Counted from the stretch's first letter, positions 37,781 through 51,544 are shown. The stretch: DNA of 64,000 nucleotides from Raillietiella orientalis (GCA_036172245.1 JAYWIR010000021.1:1240001-1304000); one strand, 5' to 3'. Notes: generated by a model not told the origin, from the sequence alone. Numbers and translations: made by a program.

Positions 37781-38089
37781 GGTGATTTGTTGGCGTCACT
37801 ATTGCTTCTGTTCCTGTCCTACTGATGTATTTCTATTGCATCATCACCTTTTTTATAACATGACTGACAACAGACATTCACCTTTTTGTATTTTTAATAG
37901 TTTTACCAATATGTCCAGTCAAAAGGGATGAGAGTTTACTGTGATGCACTGACTGTGTTTTCCTCTGATTTCAACTTCATATTCATCTAATACCGTAGCT
38001 AGATGCCGCCTAAGTTAATGAAAAGCACATATGTATCCGTATTTATTGTCCCAATATAGACTGTTTTGAGAGAGTTGCGCTACGAGAAA

Positions 38090-38610
38090 GCTAATTGATT
38101 TTTTGTTAATCAATTATTTCACTCAAAAGTTTTTTTTATAGCCGTATGTTTTGACGGCTTCGGTTTTGGGCCATTATACTGGAATTCGAATCAATTATTG
38201 GATGGTTTAATTATGCTTTTTCCAAGAAACTTGATTAGGATTCTTTTCTTTTTTTTACTTCCCTTTTATGGAATCTTTTGGATTTTTCGTTTTAAATGTA
38301 AGAACTGAAGTTTCTTTTTAACTTAGTCCTTGAAACAGGGTGCCAAATGTTCCTATTACAAATGGATTAGCCATTTCTTTGCTGACGACGGATTGACATA
38401 TATTAGAGAGAAATTTACAATCAAAATGGTGTCCGCAAAAAGAAAAGGTGTTTGTAATTTGTACACGTTTTGCAAAATTTACAATAGATTTGTTTATTTT
38501 CCTAATCAGAACTAAATTCATTTTGTTTCGCGAGATAAGTGGGTGGATTTACGTATTCAAACTTATGAAGGTCAGAAGCATGATTTCTTGAAATGCTATT
38601 AAACAAATTA
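38090..38610 (-). mobile_element. Non-LTR (L1-like) zinc-knuckle fragment, AT-rich
   Basis: IYCKFCKTCTNYKHLFF then frameshift to C: CxxC-x6-HLFFxC-type motif. Confidence 0.5.
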
Positions 38611-39324
38611 TTAGAGGATAGAATGTAGTTTGCTACAAAAATACTAGTACGAAGTTACAAATTTGCTAGAACTGTATTGCCCACAGAACACACTCTCACT
38701 ATGTACGTAATAACGTAATTCCCAATCATTTAGGATGGGCACAGCTGATGGCGAGGAGTGCCAAGGTGTGCAGCTTTATTTTGGAGTTGAAATCACCAAT
38801 TTCATAGGAAAAAGAAAACCGATATGTGGAAAGAAGGACGTAGAATGCTCGCAAACCAAGTCCTAAAATGAATCTCATAATCTCATAATTTGCGTGCAGT
38901 AAAGATCGCGGGGATGCACAGATCTTTTGTTACAGATCCATTGCTGTCACAATAAATAGAGAATATCTATTTCCATGTGGAACGCTTTGGCCTGTAGCCG
39001 TTATAATTTACGTCCTTTAAGCTGAAAGCATCCCATGGTATTAGAATTGGGATCGTGAACTACAGTTTCAGTTGCCATGGGTTATCTTTAGATATCGGTG
39101 CACAGTGGTCCAGCAAGAACATTTGTGAATCGATACTGCATGCATTGCTATTTTTATTACGAGAGATACAACCAAGTGAATTTCGCTGTTACAGTGGAAA
39201 TCTTAAATAAAGGAAATTAATAAAACTTATAATTGTGATGTATGACATTCAAAGCCGATGCTTTCCATGTTTGCAGGATTTTTTCAATGCATCCTTCCAT
39301 TAAAGAAAGTCTTTCCAGAATAAA

Positions 39325-42300
39325 ATGATAACCATAAAAAATTTGATGAACCGAATTGCTGATAAGGTCCCTGTGAGTTGTCCATTTTCAGCAAGTCAGG
39401 TTTCATTTTTGCTATCATATAAGAGTGTTTCATTTTAGCAAGCTAGAGATCCATCCTTCAATCAGGGTGATTGCACTCCGGAATCTCTTGCTGAAGCTGA
39501 GGGATTCTTATGCCCGATTTGCAAAGAAATTTTTCAGAATCCTGTGGAATTGCAATTTCATTATGCAAAGCATTCAGTAGATACAGGTAAAGTTTTTTTA
39601 AACAATATCATTAAAAGAATTATTATTTGCACTTATTAAAATGAAACTCTCACAGAACATACAGAACTTACGTGATGACCCCTCCCAAAAGCCTTGAATT
39701 CTAAAATATTATATGCCATAGATGTAATCGGAAAATATTCTACTCACAAAAGTAAACTTACAACAGGTTTCATTTTGAAAAAATTTTTTAGACGTGTGAT
39801 GTGACGATCACTTTGAACATCCTGTATTATGTTGTTTCATTGTTATAGGAGACACTAACACTATGATTTTTAAGTTTCACAAAATTTGTGAACACCATTT
39901 GTATTTTTTTGTGGTCTTTACAATTAAACTTCGAATCATGGTGTAACGATCACACTATTCAGAATTACTTTTACCATCTGTTATCTGTGAGTGATGAGTG
40001 ATCCATGCTGGTTAGTTTTTCCTGGTTTATCTCTGAAGAATTCCATACATGTATTTTAATGGAAGTAGCTGCTGAAAATGAGCCAGAATGTAGAATTGTC
40101 TCCATGAATTGTAAGAAACAGTTGCATACTGTTTTCTTACAATTCACACCATAAGATACATCAGAAGATATGTTAGATCTTTCTATATGTTAAGGAGGAT
40201 AAAATCACCAGCATTTAAGACATTTAAGAATTTTGTATATAAGTAGAACAATAATGGACATTTATTTCAGGAGTCATATGATATGTAACATTATTTCCAA
40301 ATGGAAATTTCATGACTTAAATTGAATGCATCATAGAATATACTGATACAAGAAGCTACTCTATATGAAAAATTCTGAAGTTTCTAGAAATGTTATGAGT
40401 TATTGAATCCGTTGATTGAGATTAGAGACAGATTTCCGTAAAACTCTGCTTTACACAAATGTTGCTATACTGAAAAACAATTCATTGTGTCTTGTTATGA
40501 AAAAGTTCTCATAAACATTATTCTTGAATAAGTTCTAAATCCAACAAGAAAACATCAAACAACAATGACAAACCACCAATTGAATGTGCAAGTTTCCTAA
40601 GAACAAATGAAACTACAACATGAACCACCATGGGAAAATATCATACAATAATATTATTACATGCCATTTAAATATGCTGAATTATACATTAAAGTGCTGC
40701 GAATGATCAAGGCAACAGTTTGTTTGATGTTTTGTGGAATGTTTTCTTTGTGGAGAAATTCTGCTTTTTTTATGGAGGCGAGTAAGTTTTTAAAATTCAG
40801 GTTGTCCCCAACAGTGGTCATATTGCCCTAAACATTCTTCAAAAATTAGAGTAAATGCTGATGTTTTGAATTTTTTCTTCTTTTCATTCTCAGAATTAGC
40901 ATTTTGTGTGTGTCATTGTAATGCATTACAGAATATTGGAAAATGCCTCAGAGCCTACTTTTCTTTTACATGCTGCCTGCTTGTTTTTTTATAATCTGCA
41001 AACTACATACAATAAATACATGTTAGTGGCAGGGAATGAACTTATATTTTTAATGCTAAGAATGTACACCAAGAAATTTTCATTACTTTAATACAGTAGG
41101 ATTTTTATTGGGCATAGTTTATATGTAGCTATTTATGTTGTTTGTGTACAAGATTTTTTTTTTTTCAGACATCAAAGGTGTAAAGGTTTTTTTGTTTTTA
41201 TTATTCAGATTTTTTAAAACATTTGCATCCAGGATACTTATTGTTTTGGAATTCTTTTTGAAGTTCCAAAATACAAAAACGGAGTTACTACCATATGATT
41301 TTATTATGTTAACCATATTGATTTTTATCCTTTTTCAAGTCATCTTTCTATTTGCAATGTTTCCTAAACATACAAAAAGTAGATTTTTTAATACAGTTCT
41401 TTATAATCAACTATAAAAGTCATTGTTCGGTATGCTTCAGTGGTGTGGATGATTAGAAAACAAAAAAAAAAAAGAAAAACAAAGGTTTTGCATAGAAAGC
41501 TCCTAAATAATACCTGAAGTTATCTTGAGTGGCACTTTGCAGAATATTGGAAACTATTTCTTGAATTTTATTTTCTGTGATGATGAAGTTGGGTATTTTA
41601 CTGAAAATTATTTTACTGAGTATGTGTTCATGCAGTTCTAGGGTATTATGATGAGCTTGCAGCATAGTAGTTCATGATTTGCATGCATAATAGATTTTTT
41701 ATTTGACAGTCTTGTACTTATATGAATCTGAATGTGCACTTCATTGGAGTTCACTAGGGAAAGTTCAGCCAAAAATTTATCATGTGGAATAACAGAAAAG
41801 GAAGGAAACACAAATTGATTTGCTAACCAGCTTCACAGTATCCAACTGGAAGATTATGTGATAGTGTGATAATTTGAGCAATTGATTATTTAAATACGAG
41901 CAGTTTAATTTAATTTTTCTAGAGTTGATTATTCATTCTAGCCAGATAATGTTGCATATTGTTCTGCATAGATTTCCAATCACCTGATCCACTGCATGAG
42001 AATGTTGCCACCCACCAAGGTGATTCATCACATACACAACTAGAGCATTTCTCTCAGGTAAGATTTGTTTTTATGCCTCAAGTGTGTTTGGATTTTAGAA
42101 AGGGTAATATAATACATTTGGATCATCTGCTTGTTCAGCTTAAGAGTGCTTGAAACAGAAACTGTATATATCTTTGGCATATATGAAGAAAAAACAAAAA
42201 TCTTGAGCTTGTTGCTGAAATGTAAAATTCCAGAATCCTGACCATAAAATGGTACAACTAGATGCAAGCCTATTGTAAAAAACACTTTTTGAAGTATCTA

Positions 42301-45300
42301 AGTTTATCAGAATATGTGTTCATGCAGTTTTAGGGTATTATGATGAGCTTGTAGCATAGTAGTTCATGATTTGCATGCTTAACGGTTTTTTTATTTGACA
42401 GTCGTGTACTTATATGAATCTGCATGTGCCCTTCATTGGAGTTCACTAGGGAAAATTCAGCAAAAAATTCAACTAAGTCACAACAGTTGCTAATTTGACT
42501 GTGAACCAAAATCATTTTCTTGTTGGTCTATGTTTCTTGTTTGTAGTTTCTTGTCTGTAAAATGCAGTCTTATGCAAGATCAGGTTTTAATTTGAGGAAA
42601 AGAGAGATTAAAGTTAGGATGCAAAGAAAAAGTAATTGTAAAAGCTCTAAATGTTTGTTTCAATTTGTTTTATTGTTTGGATAAGTTAGTGAAGAGTTTC
42701 TTGTACTCATGTTCCAAAAGGTCAGTTCTTTTACTCAACAGTTTGCATTCTGTAGAATGGGGATTCCTTGAATTAATGGTTTGCAGTGGAGAATGTCAAT
42801 TTCTGTTATGATTCAATATTCTAGAATTCTAAAAGCATTCTCATGACTCGTGTAAATGACAATGAATCTAGACATTTATAGTAAAAGTGAAAGTGTGTTT
42901 TTGTTATATTGCAGTGGTAAATAGAGTAACATTTCTTTGGTTACCTCTCTTTTTTGAGTATTGACATAATGTTCTGTACTCATAGTTGGTCATTGTGTCA
43001 AGGGAATAACCAAAAACTGTTAGTTGTCGACTTAAATAAGGACTTAAGTTTGTAAAGATTAGTATTGCAAATTTTTGAATTAAAAATAAATTTCCTCTGT
43101 GGTAATAGTCCACATAACTGTGAGACTTGTGGTTTGTTGGTATCTATGTAGAGTAAAGAGTGAGATGACTGAGTGACCAACTTAGAATGTTCAATAAATA
43201 TTCCAAATAGAAAAAAACTTGCTAGGTTCCAAATTATTTTTCAGTTGAGCGAAACTGAAGCTTCCAGCACTTTTGATCCTTCAAATTGTAAAGAAGACAC
43301 TATCGAAAATGCTCAAATAAGCAGTGAATTAGGTAAGTGATACATAGAGTCACTAGTTAATTCAGTATGCATAGTGACATGCTTTCCTGAGTCTGATGAA
43401 GTTACATCAGGAAGCACCATGTCACAGGAAAAAGCAGATGATCAAAGTAACCAAATGTTGTTTGAGGATAATTTTTTCTCAAGCTACTTATCTAAGGAAG
43501 GAAGAAAATCGTGAGTTCGTAATGTGATTTCCTTATTGTGTAAAATTTTCGTGGATATTCCAATAATCATCTTTGCAGTGATGGACTACAGACTGGTAGC
43601 ATCTGTGGAGATATTCAAGAAACTCATGCACAGGTACAGTCAGCAGATGAGATGGTAGCTCAGGAAAAGCAGGATTCTCAGCTTCCCCAAAGTGAAGTCT
43701 ATCCGACTGTTGCAGCTGCTGAGCATATTATTCTCAGGTAGCTACTAGAAGGGCTTGCACCGGAAACATGTGCTCGCCTCATCTTGAAGACAAAAAGAGA
43801 AACAAGAACAGGAAGCCAGTGAAAATCGGCAGGCTGAACATCTTACATGCGAAACACCAGTATGTCGAGAGGAAAATCGCATCAGCAATGGAAGAACGTT
43901 GAGTGCTTCATTAGAGTCCGAGGTTGGCATCCATTACTCTGGCCTATTTTAAAGATTTTCTAGCTTGAATTGCTAAATGATACACGGGAGATTCAGGAGC
44001 AGCTTTGTGATACACAGTCATCGTTTGAAAAGTCAACAGAGAAAGAAGAAATGTCGGAATTTAATAAGAAACAGCAGGATAACGGTGGTTCCTTAGAAAC
44101 AAATGATTCGCTTCATTTTCAAGAGCAAGGTGTTCTCGAGTCAAGGCAGCAACTCTCCAGTGTTCAAAGCGATCATTGCGATCTTCAGAATTCTCAGATT
44201 GTCTCAGGTCTGCAAGAGCTTCCTGCCCAGAAAGGTACAGGAGACCTTGCAAAGACACTCGCGAAAGAGCTCCAGAATCTAATCGTGCAGTGTCGTTTGT
44301 TGAAGCTTCAATGGGAAGACTTGAAACAAAAAAAGGAAGACTTTCGCAAATTGCGGGATGATCAGAACAGAATTGTAATCCAATCTTCAAACTGCCTGAC
44401 ATCTTGGACTGATTACATGCACAGTTTAGAGGTTGAGAAGGATAGGCAAACCAGCTTCATCGGGCAGCTGCAGCAGGAATTGGTCATCTCCCAAGAAAAA
44501 GTGCAACAACAGCTGCATGCTCAAGAGAAACTCCAGAATTCCGTCTCCATCTTGCAGTCCAAACTGGATGTCTCTCAGAAAGATTTGTCATCTGCAATGT
44601 TGGCTCATCAGGAAAGCAAAAACGAACTGACAGCAAGAAGCAGTGAACTGTTGCAGAAACTAAACGACTCGAACGAGCGGTGTGCGCTTCTTGCTGCCCA
44701 GTGCTCGTCTTTGCACGAACAGTTGAAAGAGCAGTCCGCCACACTGGAAGAGAAGAATGCCATAATTGCCAACTACCAATCACAGGGAGAGCAGACGAAA
44801 CTGTTGGAGGCCAAGTGGAACCAGATTATCGCGAAGCAGGCAGCCGAACTGCAACAGCAAGCTGCTCGTGTCGCAGAACTCGACGAATCTTTGAGCCAGT
44901 GCATGAATGCAAAAGTGGAGTTGGGAGTCGTTCTGAAAGCCAAGGAGGAGGAGAAGCAGATTCTTCTGAACCGCCTGCTCATGAGAGAAAAAGAGGTGGA
45001 AGAGCAGCGCGAAGCTCTTGCGGAGCTGAAGGATCAGCTGACTGACGCCAAAGTCGGACTCGGTGAACTGGGGTGGAAGAACCTCAATTTACAGGTAGCC
45101 TGCGGGGGTCCCGCACGTGCGAGTCTCCTCCCTGTTTTGCAGATGGAAATCTCCAAGCACACGGCTAGAAAATGGACGGATGCCTCCACGGTTCTGGCGT
45201 GCCGTGCGTGCAATCGAGAGTTCAGCGTCACGCTTCGCAAACACCACTGTCGCAGCTGCGGAGAGGTGTTTTGCCACGAGTGTTCGAGCAGGACCGCGTC

Positions 45301-45358
45301 CCTGCCAAGCAGCAAAAAACCTGTCCGCGTGTGCGAAAGTTGTCACAACGACCTTTAG
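39325..45358 (+). CDS. EEA1: EEA1-like: N-terminal C2H2 finger, coiled coil, C-terminal FYVE
   Basis: Exons 39325-39372, 39439-39586 (EGFLCPICKEIFQNPVELQFHY), 41972-42057, 43245-43332, further exons to the long coiled-coil exon, then FYVE (CRAC..LRKHHCRSCGEVFCHECS..PVRVCESC); junctions around 43510-43580 unresolved. Confidence 0.85.
41621..41777 (+). repeat. ~157 bp intronic direct repeat, copy 1
   Basis: Near-identical by eye to 42313-42469. Confidence 0.92.
42313..42469 (+). repeat. ~157 bp intronic direct repeat, copy 2
   Basis: Near-identical by eye to 41621-41777. Confidence 0.92.
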
Positions 45359-45823
45359 AAGTTCGCAGTATATGTGTCCGTTTGTTGTCCATTCGAAACT
45401 CTCTGCAGCAGCCGTGTTCTGCACAGCGCGATTGAGCTCCTCGCTTCCGAAGCTCTTCAGCATTGGGATCACGTAATCCGAGTGCGGAGGAAGATTCGAG
45501 GAGGATGACTCCTCGATTCCAGCGCAGAGGGATTTTCAGCAAGGGATTCGCTTTTGTACGTGGCAAAGAGTTGCGCGATCAGTTCGTGGGGTTCTGTTTG
45601 TCACCCGGGTGCGCCGGGGCGTTTATTGCTAAACTATCCAGGAACAGAGTTCTCGGACAAAGGACACAGAAGAGACGAAGGGGGTGGGATCTCCGACACG
45701 CAGGTCGGTATACCGAAAGTCCAGAACGGGAGGGAGGGGACCACAAATACACATATAAAAAAATAGAAATAAGGATATGAGGGGGATTTGGGACAGAGGT
45801 CTTTGGTAAGGCCGTTCCTTCCT

Positions 45824-46990
45824 TCAAAACCGGCGGTGGATGCCGGCGATCTCGCTCCTCACGTCCTGTGGCAGATGGGCCCACTCGGCAGCCGACGACA
45901 TGCTTGTGCTGGCTAATCCGGTGGGCTGACGAAGGATGGCCAGCTTCTCCAGCTCTCGGTGGGCCTTGTCGATGGCGCGGGTGCAACAGACCGTTGCGAT
46001 GACCGCACCTAAAGACAGGTCGCCAGGCGTGAAGAAGCGGCGCATCAAGTGTCTTGCGGTGTCCCCCTGGTGCAGGAGAGCTGAGGCCAGCTTCCGCCAC
46101 AGTCCTTGGAGGACACCGCAGTCCAGGAGCAGATGGGGGAGAGTTTCCACTTCCCCGCACCGCTTACAGTTTGGGGAGACAACTCCCCCGGAAACACGGT
46201 TCGTCCGCTGGTTGGAGTGAAAACACCAATGCACCAGCATAATGACGTCCTGCTTCCAGTTTAGAGGGAACACAGAAGTGTTCAGGCACGAGGGAGGGAC
46301 CACAAGTTCTTCGGGGGGCACACTCAAATGTTCACTCCACCGAAGGAGTCCCTTCGCGATGTTGCGAGGCGTGGCGGCGTCTGCCAGCTCGCAAGTCCTC
46401 CAGCCGCCTATGGGTGGTGTTGCTCCTGCGATGGTGCAGGCGGCCTCCCACCTCGCCGGTTGGCGGCTGTCATTCGTGGAGTTCTGTATCGTGAGTGGAA
46501 GACCCGTCGTTTCCGGGTTGGCGTAGGGAGACCACCAGTTGCCTGCACTTCTGGGGAGCGGGCACTTGAAAGCATTGGTGCGATTCGATGGTCCAATGTG
46601 TGAAGCCCCGGATAGCAGGTGAAGTCTGGTGAGGAAGGGCAGGGTGGTTTGGGTTTCATCGTCGCTGCGAAACCTCGCTGGCAGGCGGTGAGCGCCTTCC
46701 CCTTTTCGAACTTGGTTAGGGGGTGTGAACCATCTTGAAAAAGTGGTCCGTCCGCGCCCTTGGAAACCACGGGCTTCGTGGCAGCAGGTCACGAAGTTTA
46801 CCCTATCGAAATGCTTCGAGTGCTTTCATAGCAGTATTTGTTTCTCGTACGTCTAATGAAGCTCTGGGAGTTATCGTTTCAGCATTGGGCACCTTCCATC
46901 CGCGCCATTCATCGCGGAGGCTCGGTAGGTCGTTGCCATTAGCAGGCGACCTTCCCTTCAAACCAAGTCTTTTCGTAGGCGATCGTATGT
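45824..46990 (-). mobile_element. 5'-truncated non-LTR (L1/Tx1-like) element, C-terminal zf-RVT region, relatively intact
   Basis: 322-codon frame with SPNCKRCGEVETLPHLLLDC..LW; upstream EWRGWKVPN (GGLGLP-like). Confidence 0.8.
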
Positions 46991-48179
46991 ATAGCAGACC
47001 CCCCCTATAACGCAACGCGGAAGCTTCTTCCGCGTCCCACTATCCCTGTGGGTTATGTATGAATGAAATATGATAGTGCCCGCAAAAATCCTATAATATG
47101 TATGAGTGGAAGATGTATGAGTTTCAGCAACCACTGAAATCATGGGTTCGTATTCATTTCAAAGGGAGCGGAATCGGCGCTATACGGGAATTTCAAAACA
47201 TTATCCACAGCATTGTACGGAGCTGATGCTGCAGTTTTTCCATCCTGCTGTACCGTGATGTACTGTGTACGCATGCAGTCGATCTCGGTACCACCGCTGT
47301 TTGTATTTCGGTTCGGTGTTTGCGCCCTCTCTTCTTGAATATGGAGTGAACCTACGCGTACCGTTTTAGAATGTACAGATAAGGAGAACAGCGACAGTGG
47401 GAAATTCGCTTTTCCTTTGCCTTCACGGACTCCTTCCATGGAAGTCTGATTTGTCATCAGGTAGAATTTTCAGTCTTCCCTATCCTCCTAGGCAACACTA
47501 CTTGGGGGGGAGGGGGAGATTATTATCTGAATTCGATGCAGTCCCAGTTTCTTGGTTGCAGTTCCTAGCGAACGGATGCTTAGATGTTCAAAATCGTCCT
47601 CTCAGGTGGAAAATATCAAATCGTCTCTGGAGTTTCAGCGACCGCATGAGCGAAAAGGAGGAACACGGAGGATGCACGGAGGGACACCGCACGACGGTTC
47701 TTCCCTTCAGTTATCAGACATCCAAGTTGGTTGGGATTCGTTGAGCTGAATGAGCTGAAAGTGAAAGAAGTGGTGATTTTAAGGTGCATTCAGACTTCAA
47801 GTTGTACGAGGATTCACAAACGGCGGGGTCTCGTATTGGCTTTGAATTTGAATTTTAGAATCAGAGAAGCGTGTTTACGGAAACGAGCGCGAAACGCGCA
47901 GTTCTGAAGCCGCAAAGAACGGGGGAGGGGAGGTGGGGAGGAGGTTAAAATGTACTATCAGACGGAGGCGCAAGTCGGAAGTCTGAAGAAACCAGAAACG
48001 CCCTGCAACACTTTTAAATCTAAGGGACATGCGAGTGCCAGAGGCTGAACAGAGAGAACACTGAAATTTCGGGAAAATGAACTGAGAAGCCGCGAGAGCC
48101 GAGTCCAGTGCACCAGAGAAATTTCCTAGCTCGTGGGCACCGCATGTGTCTTACTGTCTCAGAGTGACCTCTGGAGGCG

Positions 48180-50900
48180 AGATGAACATCTATGGAACCA
48201 AATCCTTTTCCTTCCAAATCTATCTTCCATCCTTTTCCTCAACTGTGCACTGCTTTCAGATTTATAAGAATTTGACATCTAGGAAATTTGGCGACTTCAC
48301 TTCAAATTATAAAAGCAGTTAATAATCTCTATTTTTCAAAGAAGGTTCCGTTTAGGAGGCATTCTCTTCCAAAAAGAAGAATCGTCTAGAGGAACAAGGC
48401 AGACGCAGTAAGATGGAAAAGTTCTACATCCTTTGTGGGGCGTTCCAGAATAAATGTCGTCTAGCAAGTTGGGAAATTAAAAAACTGAGGTTCAAAGACA
48501 GAGGGCAACAGCTGTCGAAGAGATTGCATTGCTTCGGCCTCTCAGGAGCCTGAAATAAGACTGGAGGGAGAACATCATCTGGGATCGAGAGCTATTATTA
48601 ACTGATGCAGACCTCTATCAAGGACATCTCCCATTGTCCGTGGGTGAAATCCCAAAAAGAGACTCATGGAAGCAGATGCTGTTTCCGAGTCTTTGCTGCA
48701 AACTGGTGCGTCAGCTCAGGAAGAATGCAATATGACCTGATCGATTAGGCACAGCTTCCCCAGGAGCAGAGCCAAAGCAATCTCAAGAACCGTATCTGCT
48801 GCACTCCTTGCCAATCTGACTAGCGTCCGTGGTGGCAGGTACCGAAGAACTATGGAGGCTCTCTTAAAGATGGGCGGGTTCAGCGACCTGGCAAGATCCC
48901 GATCATTGAAGAGGGCAGGTGCTCCATAGTGGATGAGCAGAGCAACTGTTCACCTGACAGGCAGAGGTGCAAATTCATTGACTGGGAAGACAATGGAAGG
49001 ATGAAAATGGGCACTAAACGAAGTGGGAAGGACTGGGTGTGTAATGTGAGTGCATTCGTCATCCGCTATCATTCCAAGCAACACACAGTGCTCACTCTTA
49101 CTTTTGAAGTCAGAATTAGCCACGAGTTCTGTCTTCCAGGTTTTGAGATCGTTTCACATGAACCTCGCCGACCTGGAGTTTACGATTATGCACCGTTCCA
49201 GAGAGGACCAAGCAGGAATGTACTCAAGCGCATAGCAAGGAGGATGCGCTCTCGAAGTCTTTTACCGACAGTGTTCCACGAACTGTCACTTTGTGTACCT
49301 GACAAGAGTCTTAGCTGCTCTTCTGGAGATACCAAGGAATCTGTGTCCATCGAAGTCAAGAGGCTCCGTCACCGACTCCAAGAAAGTGCCAGTGTCATGC
49401 TCTCCATCACACTATTTCAAGGTTTCCAGATTACCACCTGTAAGAATGATGAGAAAAGGTCCCAGGAATGTGTCACAGTGTTTCTTGCTGCCTTCCTTCT
49501 CCAGTGCTGGGATCGCCACCTCTAAGCGAAATCCAATGATGCCTCCGAACCGAATAACTACCTTAAGGACTCGCTTAGAGTTCAGAGGTCGAATTTCTCA
49601 TAAAGCTCTCTGTAGCACCACCCCTGTGGCAAAAAAGAGGCACTTTTAGATTCGGTGCTGTGCGGTTTCGTGGTTACATTAAGTCAGGTGGTCCGATGAG
49701 CCCCTGGAGAAACGATGTCAGGGAAAAGGAAGAAAGTGGGGGAGGGACGCATCTGAAGTCAGGTTGCGCTGGTCCTATCCTGCAGCCTATCCAGCAGTTA
49801 GAGCAAGTGGCAAAGAGCCCCCACAAAGTAAAGCCAGGCACCATCTTCAGCCCGTGGCAGCGTTCTGCGACTGATGAAAGGCGAAGGCCACTCCCGTGAG
49901 CGCTCTGGACTGAGGGATGCTCTCGCCGCGGGGAAACAATTGGGGTGGCAGAGGCCCAGATTTCCAAAAATGCTGCGGAATGGGAGGTCTGGTTGGTATG
50001 TGTGTATGTGGTGGTGGATGTTTGGGATCAACACAGGATGAGGATTTGTCCGGTAGAGACGTTGACTGGAGGACGTCGCGACAGCGATGCCAGGTAGTCA
50101 GTCTTACGAGCTCTGGAAGAGGCTGGTGAGGGTGTCAAGAGCTTCAGTTGTTCCTTTGGATCCACTGCTTCAGATTATTCCCTGGGTACTCCTATTCTTG
50201 CGGGCAGGTATTCATGGCCGCTCCCCTTACGTTATACCCCTCACCGCTCCTCCGGAAGCCACGAGGGAAACGCAAGAAGAAGAAAACAGCTGGGATGTTG
50301 GGACGGTCATCTTGCTTGCCTTCGCGTCCACCTCAAAGGACTTCTTCTCTGGACGCATTTCCTCGAAATACCCCTGAAAGACGTGGAGATCCCCGATCAA
50401 CCTTGCATACGGGCAGTATCACGGCCGCTGAACGAAAGGGAGGCGTGATTACTGCTAGTTGAAAACTTTCCCCGAGGCGTTTTTGGACATCTCCATGCCC
50501 TCCCTAAAATGGCACGACTCCTCGTCGCAAATGTTGCGTTGCGCTGTCCCATGCAATGCGCTCCGTCACCACTGGGGGAAGTGAGGCCCCGGGTTGTGCC
50601 GGGAGAGGTGAAAAGGAAACCTTCCCACACCTACTGATCGAGTGTGTTGTCCTTCGGAATGTGCATTGAGCGTCTCGCAACGTCCCCAGAGTTTCCAGGG
50701 GACAACCTCGAGGGCGTGTGAAAACGCCTCTTTACGCGTAGCGCAGTATCGCCTGCCGCGTCGATCGCAGCTTTGTGCTGCCTCCGCAGAGCCGTGTCGG
50801 CGAGGAGCCCCGCCGAAAGGGTTCTGGCGAACAAGGACGCTGTCGCGATCGCCTGTCCCCTTTTGAGGAGGACCACAAGATGGCTCCACCATCATCAAGA
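48180..50900 (-). mobile_element. Long decayed non-LTR retrotransposon (RT to C-terminus)
   Basis: LIPNIHHHIHTYQP (~50030, LIPK...YRPI), WNTVGKRLRERILL (~49270), degenerate knuckle GRCP** (~48620). Confidence 0.55.
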
Positions 50901-51544
50901 TAAGAAGGAACGAACTCAGCACATTCTCATTCATGAAGAAGTCATTTTTATTGCTTCACTCATTATGGAGTTAGTCGAACAACGACTGTACGTTCCAGAT
51001 AATAAACCTGCAACTTATCACACACCATGGATTCAAACGCAAGCCATGCCTGCCAAGGATTAGACTCTCACAAATTCAACACGAGCTACGCACGCACACT
51101 CTCCATGCCGCACACCCCATCCTGGACAAGATACTGAGTGACTCCAGGGAGGTCTCAGCGATCCTCTCTCCCCTTCTCTTACTTATTTTCTCTGTGTGGA
51201 CTTCTCAAGGAAGACTCGCAAGGCATGTGTGTTGCGAGCAAGAATCGCCTCCAGAACTCTTATCCATGTAGTGGGATTGTAATCCCACCACGGAGGGGTC
51301 GCCTTCCTCCTTTCTTGATGCACTGACGGTTTATTAGCAGATATGCCCTTTTTACAACAAACGTCCCGTGCGACCGGGAGAAAACTCCCATGAGTGCCGC
51401 AAGGAAACAGAAGGATACAGGAAGGAAGGGAGGAAGGAAGGACTTCGCCTATCTCTTCCTGTCTCGAGACTTTCGAATGCCAAGTGGGAAAGAGAAGTAA
51501 GAAGTGAGGGCAACTCGGGATCCGTGCGCCCAGGAACTCGAACT

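Noticed and set aside
38090..38610. Mitochondrial insertion (NUMT)
   Set aside because: No mitochondrial gene motif; the minus-strand CxxC..HLFF knuckle fits a non-LTR element better.
41648..41731. C/D box snoRNA (ATGATGA...CTGA) in the direct repeat
   Set aside because: D box is mutated in copy 2, terminal stem is weak, no recognisable rRNA guide.
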